The notes under the pieces: generated by a model
What the model saw: the letters and a program-made list of their open reading frames with translations, nothing else
Databases searched by the model: none
What the model was told of the DNA's origin: nothing
Shown here: positions 29,034-42,900 of the stretch, one piece after another
Position numbering within the stretch: position 1 is the stretch's first letter
Layout: each line of letters opens with the position of its first letter
Assembly (NCBI RefSeq): GCF_009914755.1
Contig: NC_060939.1
DNA: 64,000 nucleotides
Reading direction: 5' to 3' (one strand)
Origin: the human T2T-CHM13v2.0 reference genome, Homo sapiens
Translations under genes and position numbers: made by a program

Positions 29034-32000
29034 GTATTGAAAAATACTTGTCACTTGGTTCAGATGGCAAATCTAAAATGAGCCCACAATGATTATGTAA
29101 TAAATGCAGAACGTACCACAACAAATCGAGACTAACACAGAAACAGAAGATGTGACTTTGTGAATACAACGCCGCTCAGCGCTTCACTGCTGATGTAGGA
29201 GTCGACTCCCTCAACCATTGTCCTAGGTTTCTATAACTCATCGCACAGCATTTGTATTAAAAACAAATCACTGGTCAATGCTTTCCAACAGAACACTGAG
29301 TGATCCTGCAACCCAAAGCAGATTTATTGCCCTATTAAAATACATAATGAGTATAAAAATGTTCCTAAGAAAATGTAACATTTGACCTGAAGTCTAAGCC
29401 CTCTCTTTCCTTCCCCACCACAGTCACCCCTGTGGGAGGGAAAGAGAAAGGTAAAATTTGTATGTTGAGAGGGAAAGTATTTACATCTATGGGTTTATGA
29501 TGTGTAGTGAGGGCAACTTCTTTCAGCAAAATAAAACAAAATAGTGGGCACCGACTCTTCTGAGGATGCCACTGTCAGTTGAGAATTCTGTGTGTGTGCT
29601 CATCACAGGTAGGGCCAAGTATCTGAACTGCCTCCATGAAGGGAGCTGAGGGCAGGGATCATCTCTAGTGCAGAAAAGAAACCAGTGGGAAGATGAAGAG
29701 TGAGCAGAGACAAACTCAGAGAGGCGTGGAGTACATTCACCCCAGTACCCTGACATTTGAGGATGACTCCTGTGACTTTGGTAGGGGCGCGTGGGGAGAG
29801 GAGGGGCAGTCATGAGTAGCAGATTCCAAGAAACTGATGTGGAGAGGGATGTGTAACTTTGATTTTTCTCTTAAATTCTATTGATAATTGAGGCCAAGCA
29901 ATTGTATTTTGTGTCTACTGTGGACTGGCCAGAGGGGTAGGGGCTGGGTCAGCTGCTCCCCAGCCTTGACTTTCTGCTTAAGGGCATGAGGCCATTACAC
30001 TCTCCTCTCAGCTTTGCAAAAGGAACTGTGTCTCCATGCCCTGCCCCCTGCCTTGAAGCAATTCAGAAACTTGGGAAAACCTAGAGGATTTCCAAATTCA
30101 AGTTAGCTTGTCTCTTTGAGTTTTTACACTCTACTTTTCATACCCGTGCGAATGGTTAAAAAAAAAAAAAAAAAAAAAGAAGTAGCAAAGTATCTCACAA
30201 ATGCCGGTGCTTTGAAATATTAAAAAAGTCTCAAATTCTTTGGAATTTCAGGTCTTACCTGCAAAGTAATCTTTTCTAAAAAAAAATTAATAAATTAAAG
30301 GAAGAACATGAACAATGCCTTTCTTCTGTCTAAATGACAAAAAGGACTATCTTGAAACACTCACTTTGGCATGTACAAGTTTCTGAGGGGGACCTGGCAG
30401 TGTTTACAGCACACATTGAAGTACCTACTAAGAAAAAGCTAAAGATACACCCTGCAGTTAAGAGAAGCTCTTGCCTTCAGCTTATCTTAGCATCGAGAAC
30501 AAAAAGATTGTAACATAAAGCTTTGGCCATTTTGATTCTACTATATACATTTTAAAAACTACACAGTCATAAATTAAAGCAGTGATTAAATAAGCTCATA
30601 TAAAATGTAATTAAATTAAAAAAAATCACAGCACATTATAGAGAAAAATAGGAACCAGCTTCACAGAAAAGAGATTTTATATATATATATTTTTTTACCC
30701 TGTGGAAACAAATTTTCTACGGAACACAAAAACTTCATAAGTAACCATCAAAATGAAAATCATTTCGTATTCCATTCTTGCATTTTTACACAACCCTTAA
30801 CTCACCCGGGGAATATTTCCAGAAACTAAGTCTTCCTTGAGCAATAGAGCAGTTCTGCCAAGAAAATAAACCCCAAATCAAAGAGGGGGGGGGACATCCC
30901 AAACATACAAACTACAAAATAAATAAGAATTATAAAGTTTTTTTTAAAGTAACCTTAACAATTATCAAACTAGTAAGTTCTGCCTTATCACATAGACTCT
31001 CTATACAACATAACCCTAAAACTTTATTACTATGAGGTATTTGGAGGAATTGGTAAAAGTTATGCACGGCCTGCCTGGTGGAGGGACAGGTGAAGTCAGG
31101 TGGGGGGAACTTGAGAGGGAACAAGGAGGAGGAGCTTTGGTTTATCAGCAAGAAATTGGGAAAAAAAAAAGTCATCCTTTGGTATCAAAGAAAGTTTCAT
31201 TGCATGGTTGCACGGAAAAAGCACCACGGTGAATAATTATTCCTTTTTTTTTCATTAGTGGCCTTTCTAAGAGGCTGAGGTATTCAAAGAGTATAAGGTG
31301 AAAGAGGTCAACAGCGGTTTAACACTTTGGTTCAAGCAAGGCACTCGTCCTAGGAGTTTACAAAGTTTGCAACATGTTTGCCTAGAGATTTACAAGTAGA
31401 ACTAGCAGTAATAAGAGTAGTATTTCCTAATGTTGTTGTTGTCATTATTGTATCATTATTAAGAATGAAGACAAGTTTACACACTGAGTGAAGAGTTAGG
31501 AAGGGGGAGGGGTGGGGGAAGGGAAGGGGCGGAGTTCCCTCTGCAGACTGAGACCGTGCATGAAAATATCTTTGGTATTCTTTGGTATCATCAATGTGAT
31601 TAAAATCACCAATGGAAATTGAGTGAGGTAGCGTCTTTGGTTCACACTATAAATAGTAGATCTTTACACTTTTTTTTCTTTTTTTCTTTTTCTTTTTTTT
31701 TTTTACACGTGGAAGTCGCTATTTCTTACCTTCTGCTTCTTTGTCCTTACTATTTAGGAAATAGTTACCAAATGTACTGTAAAGCTAACCACACCACAGT
31801 AATAACCCAGAAGGCCAAACATGTCTCAAAACAGCCTCTGGTGTTTGAATGCACCCTAAACAACTAGATAGAAAAAGAAGTGCTTTCTCTTTGTTTGCTA
31901 AATGCATAGTTTTCATCCTTTATGTACAAAGAAGGGAGGACCTTTCTTAGGGAATATGCCTTTATAGCTCATGTGAAAATGTCCTAGGACTCTTTGGTAT

Positions 32001-32385
32001 AGCAAAGTTTGCATTTAACCTGCAACCACGGTCATTCACCTGGGGTAGCAATGGGAGTGGAATGAATCCAAAAGTAGCGTAGTGCTTTTATATTTTCCTG
32101 GAAAAATAATTTCGCTTTTTTGAGGGGGCACAGTGAGTGACATGTTCATTTAGGACTTCTGGATTTCCCACACATTTTCTTTGGTCTTTGGAGTCTATTC
32201 CAGCTGCATCCAGGGACTGGAATACTCAATTCCTGACATCCAGAGCTCTTTTACCTGAACATTTACTGAAGTCTGGGGTTTTGGGGTGTCCAGACGTCAC
32301 AACTCCCTGCCCTCTACAGGAAAGCTTCCAGTGATGAGAGGACCTGAATGTCTTATGGCCAGAAACAGACTAACTTCCATTCTAC

Positions 32386-32432
<47 letters not shown>

Positions 32433-33009
32433 TACTTTAAGTGCAGTTTTGGAATAAACACATGTACAAATAAAAGAGTAAGATAGATACCTTTTTCTGG
32501 TGAATTTTGCAAAAGAATTGAGAAATGATGGGTGAACAAATGGCACATGACCTGCTCTGTGGAATGTAGATTAAAAAACTCAAGCCAGAAATTAATGTTA
32601 CACTAAATAGGAATGGAAGCATTGTGTTTTTTTTCTACATGCCAGTTCAGGAGCAAGTAAAGAATCAGTCATACATGATGTAATAAGTGTATTGCTTGTG
32701 AGAAGCTGAGTTTGTCCATCACGATTTCTAAAAAGCAAAGGGTGTGAGTATGCTCAAACAGTCGAGTAAAAAAATTGCTTTTCAGGCTCTGATTTGTGCA
32801 TCTGTTTATGAGAAAATATATCTCTAAGCCCTGAAATTGCATAATGGGTGCAAATTCAATGCTGGTATGAAAATTATCTTTGGTGTTAGCAAATAGGATA
32901 ACTGGGTAGTTTCTTAAAAAACCATTATGGTAGGATACTGAAAATGAAGCAATATTCTGTGAGACTGTGCCTACACAGTACCAAAATAATTGGTCAAAAA
33001 TGTAACATG

Positions 33010-33310
<301 letters not shown>

Positions 33311-35835
33311 GGGTAACATGTAGTTGGATTGATTTTGGGGGTAATATATAGTAGCAACAAATAAAAAACATGGTTGTCTGAATTCTGCTATTCTTTTCTT
33401 GGGGTATTGAATTTGGTAAGATTGTGTGTAGACACAGCTTGAATTTCCCTGCATTTAGAATTATCACGTTTTAAATAAATAAGGCTTTCCTCCCTCCTAA
33501 ATTATAAATACATTATGTAGCTGTATCCCGGGCTCCCTCCATCCCTGGAGAGAGAGAAAATGTTAATCAGTTTTTTCCTTTTTGTTTATGTCATTGACAA
33601 GATTCTATTTTTTAGTAAATCTTGAAGGGTGGCCATTTAAATGGTCTCTTTCAATAGCTGAACTATAATTGTGCCATATTTAGAAGGGAAATTTTTAAGC
33701 TGGAGTTGTGGGTGAAATTAAAAACAAAAAACAAAACATGTCAAGGCAAATGAAGTATTTCATCAAAAGAGAAGTATATGTTGGTTTCCTCTTCTCATTC
33801 GACAGCAGACATGAAGGAGACACAGATAGATGGCTTGTTGGTTTTGCTTTACCTCTCTAGTTGCCTGCCTGTTACAGACCTAGACAAGGTGCTGAGATTT
33901 GATGCTAAGGAGTTATGTTTTGTGTCAAGATGGTTCAGTTTTGTTCTTTGGCATTTTTAATGAATCTCAATAAAACAACTTATCATTAGGATAACATTTA
34001 ATTTCATAGTTCTAAGTAGGGGTGGTAATTAACTTACAGTATCCAATTCTTTACCTAATGGCATAAGGGGCATCCACTTAGATAAGTTACAGTCCAACTG
34101 AATTCAGAGAGAATTTTTCTGGGAATCAAGTGATTCACTGGGGTACCACTAATACGACTTCATTTTTTTTTTTGACTTTGACTTCTACAGCTCTGGTTAA
34201 GTGATTTGGACAAATAGAAATTTAAAATTTTGTATTTGTAAGCTCAGGTCTAGTTTTTAATCTGTCCCTGTTAGAGAGCAAAATCTATATTATAAAATTT
34301 CCAGCTAAATGCAGTAGCAAGAAAGAAGGCAGAATGCTTTGGAGGCTATTCTTAGTTCCATAAATTGATTAATACCAATAGATCAAAAGTCTTGTCGTCC
34401 ACCAGAACACTGGCTTTTTTCTATACAGTTCCACCAATTCCACCATTTCTCAGTTGCACCTGCTGTTTTGTTGACGTCCAAGTCATAAAATTTCTGGGAT
34501 TGGCAATAAGTTAATTTGATAACTTTTTAGGATAGTTATAAGTACTGAATAGCTCATTTGAATAATAATGTTGTTTTTTTAAACTTTATTTGTATTTGTA
34601 AAGTATTTAAAAGAGGTTTTTGGTGCCAGATGCATAAAGCAAATATAAGTCAATTAATCTAAGGATAGTTCTTTATTTAGTGACCTTTTACTAAAAAGCA
34701 TTACTTTGAACAAATTTTCTAATTTAGTTACCCTCCCTGTTAAATTTAGTTTTCTAGTGTAAAAATGGGGTACTACTTTGGAAAGATCCTCAGGTTTTCT
34801 CAGCTAGGAACAGATTATGGAACCATGTCTATCTCTCTACTTAAGTGACATTTATGGATCCTGAAAAGGAGTGTGCCATCTGGATGTACACGTGTACTGC
34901 ATCGACCTCTCTGCCATGATATTAATTGCTTCCCTGAAGCTACATTCTTTCTTGCCAGTTCTGAAAACTCATATTTCAAATGCTTCAAGAGTCATAAATA
35001 ATAGTCATGATTCTATGTGGCATGTGTATTACAGCTAGATCAGTTCATACGTATAACTTTTCATAGTATCTTGTGTAAAAATAGCTTTGGTTATTAAAAT
35101 CATTGCAATAAAATACCTGCACTATAATATTAAGTGTGTTCTTTGGTACCTAGGTGATTTTTTTAATGGATGGACTCTTGTTTCATTTCTTAAAAAATAT
35201 CTGAACATTCCTTAACAAACAAAGAGAATGCACTGGTTTAGGTGTCATTCAAATTTTCTTTGCTGGGTTTGAATCTGCATTTAGGTTGCGGGCCTGGCAG
35301 GTTCAAACGTTAGGCTAGACGAGCAAAATCACACTCCTAATCCAATGAACTCAGACAACCCCATACCATGTTGGTTGCACTCCTATAGAACAACCATTTC
35401 TGAAGACCAGCTCTGCCTAAGTCTGTAACCACTGGTGGTGGTAGTACTGAGACACCATACACCTTCGTGGCATGGTAGAACAGATGAGAAAGTTCGATCT
35501 TAAAAGATGTCCGCTCAATGGCTCAAAATCACTATGCTCCAAACCACTAAACAGCCAAGCACAGCGAGGATGGTCATGGATTGAAGGTGTGAGATCCAGT
35601 GGTGTTTTCCTGCTCATCATTTGTCTTGCCAAGTCGCCGCCCTGCTGAAGTGTGTGTCTCCAAACAAAGTCAGAATGCAGGTGAGCTAAGTCTTTGGTTT
35701 CTTTGGACTATAAATAACGCTTTTTTTTCTTCAAATATTTCTAAGTATAAACCTGCTATCTTGAGGTCCTGGTCTTTTAAAAATTTTTTTTAATTTAAAG
35801 CTTTTCCACCGAGGTTTTAGTTTGTGGTTCTTCCT

Positions 35836-36128
35836 TCATGCTTTGGTACAAGTGCTTGATGAAGAAGATGAGTTGCCTGAATTGGAGCTGCCCTCGTCCT
35901 GCCACTTGTCCAGACTCCTCCTTCTTGCGTTCATGAAGAAGTTGCTGACAGTGCTCAGCTCCAACCCCAGCTGCTGGGAAATGGTGATTTGCAATTCTTT
36001 GGATGGACGCTTATTTTCCTTGAATATTGCATGTAGAGTTCGACGCTGGACATCTGTGAAGACCAACCTGGGCTTTTTGGGTGTGTTGCCTCTATCCTTC
36101 CCATGTTCTTGTTCTTTCCTTTTGCATG
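35836..36128 (-). CDS. ONECUT1: ONECUT1/HNF6 terminal coding exon (linker + homeodomain + C-terminus)
   Basis: Acceptor ..TTCTGTGTTTCTTCACAG|CATGC (phase 1). Reads (A)CKRKEQEHGKDRGNTPKKPRLVFTDVQRRTLHAIFKENKRPSKELQITISQQLGLELSTVSNFFMNARRRSLDKWQDEGSSNSGNSSSSSSTCTKA*. F48/M50 is the ONECUT signature. HGKDRGNTPKKPR and DVQRRTLHA distinguish it from ONECUT2. Confidence 0.98.
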
Positions 36129-37890
36129 CTGTGAAGAAACACAGAAGATGTTAGAACAAATGGTCTAGGGGAGAATCATGAGTAGAAAGACAGAGCTCAT
36201 AAAATTTGTTAGCCATTCCTCATGGCCTGCTTTCTGTTTGCTGACCTCTGCTTTAAGCACCATTGGAGGCTGGGAGGAAAGTGTAATAGCAGAATGGAGA
36301 ATTGGGATACAGGTGAAGTTCTGTGAGGCCTGGGCGTGGGTTGTGGCTTTGATGAGTATTTGCTCTTTGTCCTGGGTAAGTCAGTTAACTCCATCTGGGC
36401 TTCAGATTCCTCACCTGTAGAATGTAAGTTTCTGGCTAAATGAACTTAATCAGTTTGAACCTTTATTTCTTCATCCTCAAAATGCATATAAGAATACCTA
36501 CCTTGCCGTGTTGTGGTATGAAATAGTGTATGCAAAAGTTTATGCTAACTTTACAAATGCAACACCTTGTCAGCAAGAAGTGGTTGTAGCCCTCAAAGGG
36601 TTTATAGTCTGCTGCCAGTAGAATATTAAGAGCCTAATCAGAGTCTAAAAACATAGTAGAAAGGAATTGCATTTGTTTCCCTTCTGATCTTTTTTATTTT
36701 CCAGGAAAATCTGTATATAAGAAAGTTAAGTATATAGTTTTTTTTATCATGGCCATCAAACAGTCTTCCACTGATTTTCTAGTGGAACCGGGAACTGTGG
36801 AGGTGTGAACCGCTCTTCTTCGACATTGAGACTAAACCTGCCAAGTTAGCCATGTTCATCTCTGGGGTCTCTCTGTGCCTCCTTTTTGCAAGCCATGCTC
36901 TTGGAGTCCCCCTCATCACTTACTTGGTCTCCCACTAAGGGGCCCATTCCCTGCGCTTGCATGTCTGGTCCTGTATTATGAAGCTGCTTTTTGGCTGATG
37001 GAGTTATTCTAATGTATCATCCCAATGGAGCCCTCAGACCCCAGGGTTTGGCGCCAGATCAGGGTCTCTCCTGATTTTAGATGCCATAAGTCTCTTTCCA
37101 CCCTAATGAGGCTCACTAGTTTCCACCTGCTAGAGGACTATCAAGGCTGCATTGGTAACAATGCACACTGCCCCTCCACCCAATCTCCACCATCAATCAA
37201 TCCTCACAACCATCCACAAATAACCATACAACCCAAGTAAAAATAGTGCTCTGATATGTGAATGCAGCCTTAAGAAAAGGCTCCTATGCCCTCACTGCAA
37301 TCAGATTGCTGCCTCTTAGCCCCCTATGTAGGCGTTCTAGAGCAGCCACTGCCACCTTTATATCTGGCTGGCTGTACTCTCATCATGACCATAGTGGAAG
37401 ATGGACGGGGCATGCTTCGTGATGGAGGGAGGGATTGCCATTCTTCCATAGCACATCCCTCCCATTGCTGTCCTACCTGTTGCTGCCTTCTGCTTCACTG
37501 TATGCCTCTGTGTATTCCAGGTTCTCAATTCCTTACCTGATGGTTCACCAGCTCTGGCTAGATTCAGCCTCTGTGCTCTCCTCAGCCTGCCCCTCCCTTT
37601 CATTTCCAGCTGGGTAGATCCTGGACTTCAGAGTTCCTGTAAAACTTCAGGTGCCATTGGTACAAATTAGCTCAGCAACAGATCAGCTGCAGAGCTCATA
37701 GGATGAAAGCTGGAGAGGCCTCAAGGCTTTAGAGTCCAATCCAGAAGGCTCCAATTTTTTAAAACAATGTGCTACTTAGTAAAAAAAGTTCTGAGTGTAT
37801 ATTCCCTTATATTATTTATTTATAAATCATATACATGTGTTAGTATACTACTATATTGTGCACATTATAAAACATACACAATACAAAGAC

Positions 37891-38180
37891 ATTTTTTTGA
37901 GACAGGATCTCACCCTGTTGCCCAGGCTGGATACAGTGGTGCAATCTTGGCACACTGCAACCTCTGCCTCCGTGGGCTCAAGCGATCCTCTCACCTCAGC
38001 CTCTGGAGTAGCTGGCACTACAGGTGCGTGCTGCCACAACCTGGCTAATTTTTTTGTATTTTTTTTTTTTTTATAGAGATGGGGTCTCACCATGTTTCCT
38101 AGGCTGGTCTTGAGCTCCTGGGCTCAAGCAGTCTGCCCACCTTGGCCTCCCATTAGAGGTGTGAGCCACTGCCCCCAGCC
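37891..38180 (-). mobile_element. AluJ
   Basis: Antisense Alu consensus, degenerate. Confidence 0.85.
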
Positions 38181-39688
38181 CACAATACTAAAATTTTTAA
38201 AGGGATACAATAAAAATAAATAGACATGGAATTCTCTTCTAGAGATGCATCTGCTTGCCAGGCTCTGGAGTGTATTCACCCTACTTACGGGGCCACTGGT
38301 CCAACCATTAGTAAATATAAGAGTGATAATTTCAGAATGGACATGAAGGGAGGGCTCAGTCATGAAAGAGAGATTTGTAGGCAAGGCAGGCCTTATGGCC
38401 TTTTGTAACATGTCCTGTAGGTCACTTGCTATGCCTCTTGCCCACCATGAGGGGCGGCATCAACCTAACGGGCAGTATTATTAAATGTCCAACTCCCTCA
38501 GAGCCTCGAGTTATAGACATTCTGAGCCAGGTGAGAGTCTCCAAATAGAGTTCTTCCTCCCAGAGGCCTACAGCCCTCACCGGGCACCTAGATTAAGTCC
38601 CAGAAAAAAATGACTAAAGTCAACTCCAGTTGGTTTGAGTCAGCCCGTGTAGACACAGCCTCATACAATACTGATGCAGATGGCTGATTCATTGACTTAA
38701 AAATGAATACAACACAGGTTTTGCTCTTAAGGATGCCAGATTTAAGTAAATAACTGCACATAAGCAATTAACTACAAGAGTATAAAAAGAGTGTACAGAG
38801 TCTACTGCTTGAAGATATTCAGGAAGGAATTACAGAGAAGGCACTCAGATGGGCCCTAAAGGATAAATGGAGGCTTTCTAGTGAGAGGAGTGGGAAAGCT
38901 CATTCCCTGCAGAGGGAGCAGCATTGTGAAGGATTGATAAGTATTAGTAGATTGGTATTTGTGAGGCAAGAGGGCACACAAGAAGGAAAGGCTGTGGGAG
39001 ATGGCTTCGTGCATAGACAGAGTTCAGATATGAATCATCTCATAGGTAAGGAGGAGGTAGGGGGAGGCATGAGTAAGGGTGTAGTGTGATTACATTTGGG
39101 CTTAGAAAAACCCCTCTGGTGGAGTTGTGGAGGGAGAACTGGAAAGCAGCAAGATTAGGGACAAGAATGCTACAGTGGGTGCTGTGGTCTACTACCCAGA
39201 TCCCCCTTCAGGACTGTGCACTTGTTCCTCCAGCTGCTGGAAGGGTTGGTGACAGGTGGCTCTCAGGTGAGGTCCATTCTTGGAATTGCCCTTGGCCAAA
39301 GGTTATGCCACTCTGGGGTGGGGTGGGGGTTTGCCCATATCTAGTGGGGGTGGGTGGGGGGCTGTAGGAGATGGGGGTATGAAAGGTGGTGGTCTAGGAG
39401 AGTGGAAATGTGTTGGTTTAAGGACCCTCACCCCAATCCCTTGCATCAAGTGAGACAACTCTAAAGAGTCATCTGGTTCAAGAGCACTCCATATAATTGG
39501 ATGAGGCTATTTTTGCACCTACATTGTTGTTCAACTCCTCCTTCTGTCCAGTCTTACTTCCTTCACCACCCCCAGGGGGATTATTTGCCATAACATGCTC
39601 CGAAAACCTTTCTGAATGCACATCTCAGAAACTCAGAATCTGCTTTGCAGAGAACTGTACCTAAAATACAAGTCAGAAAACCACCGTA

Positions 39689-39990
39689 GGGCCAGGCACA
39701 GTTTCTCACGCCTGTAATCCCAGCAGTTTGGGAGGCCGAAGCAGGCAGATTACTTGAGGTCAGGAGTTCGAGACCAACCTGGCCAACATGGTGAAACCCT
39801 GTCTCTACTAAACATACAAAAATTAGCAGGGCATGGTGGCAGGTGCCTGTAATCCCAGCTACTTGGGAGGCTGAGGCAGGAGAATTGCTTGAACCCAGGA
39901 TGCAGAAGTTGTAGTCAGCTGATATTGCAACACTATACCACAGCCTGGGCAAGAGAGCAAGATTCCATTTCAGAAAAAGAAAAGAAAACC
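39689..39990 (+). mobile_element. AluS
   Basis: Full Alu; TSD AGAAAACCAC. Confidence 0.9.
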
Positions 39991-42900
39991 ACTGTAATGA
40001 GGACCCAAAATTAGACAATGGCAGAATCGGAGAAGAACTTCTTGGGCGGTCAAATCAAGAAGACTTCTTGACTACTTGGCTAAGAAGGTATAGTCTGGAA
40101 CATCTGCCAGGTTTCTGGTTGGATGATAGTAATGGGGCCATTAGGAAATGCAGATGGAGAAATGAGTTTTATGAGGATAGTAACCACTTCTCTATGGAAC
40201 AAATTGCATTGGATGTGTTTGCTGGACATTCTGTTAAAGATCTCCATTAGGTGGTTGTACAGCAGACAGCAGGATGTATGGGATCTGGAGTTCAGGGGAG
40301 AGATCTGGGCTAGAAATATAGACTTGGAAGTCATTAGGTCTCTAGATGGTAAATTACACAGAACACTCACTCATGGGAAAGTAAATAACTGAGCATTGGG
40401 TACAGACTTGACTTATTTATCATTCAAAAGGCAGAGCTAAGGGAAATCAGAAAGAGATATTCATCTTCCATCTAGCCAGATTGTATGTTTGAATGACTTC
40501 AGTCTGGTCCTTGGCATTTGGCAGGACTGTCTGCTGAAGCTACCCCTGAGCCAGCATTTCCCAAATGGCATCAGAAGAATGATACTCTCTCAAACAGGGG
40601 TTCCTTGAAAAGATGGTTTGCAGATTAAGGACATTTAAAAAAATCTATTATATATTGCCTCTTCCTCAAGATTCATAACATATGTAAGCACAGCTAATTC
40701 TGTTTCTCAAATTTGTTTGACCCCAGAACCCTTTTTGGTGGAGACTGTCGATTAATGTCTTATACAATATTAATGTTGGGGAAATGCAGTTTGGAAGTTC
40801 CTGCCCTGGGACCTCAAGCACTGTAGACGTTACAATACCAGAACCTGGGGAAGTGAGATTCTCTTGGAGCAGGGACCCTGGCTGACTTGCTCTGTATCTC
40901 CAGGACGCCCTGGCCTAGGGCCTGGTTGTAAGGGCAGATCAGTATCCACGTGGGTATGGGGCAGGGGTATGTCTGCGAATAAGTAGATGTGATTAGATCT
41001 GGAGGAAATGCTGCCAAAGCTGGAGGTGCTGAAAAAGAAAGCAGAGATATCAGTAAAATGGAGAGTAGACTAAAGCTTACTGAGAGTCACCGATGACCAG
41101 GGGAGGCTAAGTGGAGCAACCCACAGAAACAAGTCATACTTCTAGAAGCTTTCACCAGACTATAGCTGTGAGAGCTGAAATTTCCACGGAATTGATTTCA
41201 GAGTAGAGATTACCCATTGTAAGGTAGGAAACCCCCAATTGGAGGTTATGAGAGTCGACAGGAATGTGCAAGATAGACAGAGAGAGAGAGAGAGAGAATG
41301 AAAAAGGAGTATGACAAGAAGTAGTGCTGCTTAGGGAAGAGCAACACACATGTTTTATGTGAATGTAATATTTTTATGTAGGGGTACAGTTTCCATTAAA
41401 AATAGAGAAATACTTGTCAGTTAACTGGATTAAGTGGAAGGAGATGGCCATTGTTGGTGAAAGGTAGTACTAATGATGAAGATCTGTTAGGAGTCACCTC
41501 CATGAGGGTGGGCAAGCAGACAGCTCTATAGGATTCACTGGCAAAGTATATCAGACAAATGACTTTGATGTTTATGGGTGAGGTCACCCAAAGTGAGTAC
41601 CATGGAGGAGGTAGAAGTAGGCATGAAAGATGGTAAAAGTCAGAGCATGACTTTGTGTGCCACGCGAATAAAAGATTATGAAGAAAAAAAAAACAGAGCA
41701 TGAGGGTGTGGGCAAAGGACAGAGACTTCTAGTTCAGGCATGCCTGGGGACTGCTTTGCCTATAGTGGGCAAGGCAGAGCCAAGTGGGTTTCAAGAAATG
41801 TAACTTTGCAGGAGGTTGAAAGGTATTTTGTGAACAATGAGTTGTGAGGTCAAGTTGGTTTGGGAAATGCTGAATTAATTAATGATTAACCAAATTTCTT
41901 TAATGCAGGACTTTTCAGAGCTTTAATATGTTACTGAGCATCAACACTTTCTAGCTTACAGGCTCTCCCAAACTTATTTGATCAAAGAACTCTTTATTCA
42001 GGGAATTTCTCTTAGGAATGGTGATCCTTAGAACAGTTTCTCAGAGTGTGGTTGGCAGACCTGTGCTGGTCTGTGAACCACTACTGACCTGCAACGAGGT
42101 CAGTACAAAATATTGAGAATAAGCAATTAGAAATGTTTATGGCAGTTTGACATTGCTGCAACATTCAAATGTGTGATTATTTCTCTAGTAATATATTTTT
42201 TATTGTATTATCAAAATTATTCATTCAGGACAGATGGAAGTTAGAAACAAACCAACAAGCTAGTCCTTCACTACCTAGAGTTTAAGAAGCCCTGTCTTAG
42301 AACACACTTTCTAAAACATAGTATATAGTAACATCTTAGGATCAGTTGTCACTCAAGCATTTGTATACTAACTTATATCCATTTTCCTGACTTAATGATA
42401 CAAAGGACTTTAGAACATATAAAGTGCTGATTGGATTATGCAAAAGTCTGCCAAGAATTTGTCTGGGAATATGTGGGCATACATATATTGGCCTGGGAGG
42501 CATTAATAAAGCCAAATGAACTTATGATACAGCTTCTTAAATGAGCCTGGACTCTTGAAGACACAAGCTCTGGCCCAGCTCCGTGGATATGCACCTGCAA
42601 ATACCATCAATATTATGAATTTGGGGATTATGTTTCCAACACATGAAATTTGGGGGACACATTCAAACCAGAGCAAATATATTGTCTTACTAATTCTTAG
42701 TACCATTTTGTGAGGTGAGAGAAGCCATCGTATTCCATTTTGCAGCTGGGGACACTAAGCTCAAAGAAGGTGAAGGACTTGGTCAAGATCACACATCTAT
42801 CAGTGGCCACAGAGCTGGGCTTGAGCTGTGTGCTGGCAGCTTATCCACTCATATGTGGCTTGCTCTCTGTGAGTCCTTAGACTCTAGACAAGTATTTTCT

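Noticed and set aside
35822-36154. 110-aa + strand ORF
   Set aside because: Antisense shadow of the ONECUT1 exon.
39581-40018. 145-aa ORF and similar ORFs at 5260, 16129, 37767 and 52995
   Set aside because: Alu-derived translations.
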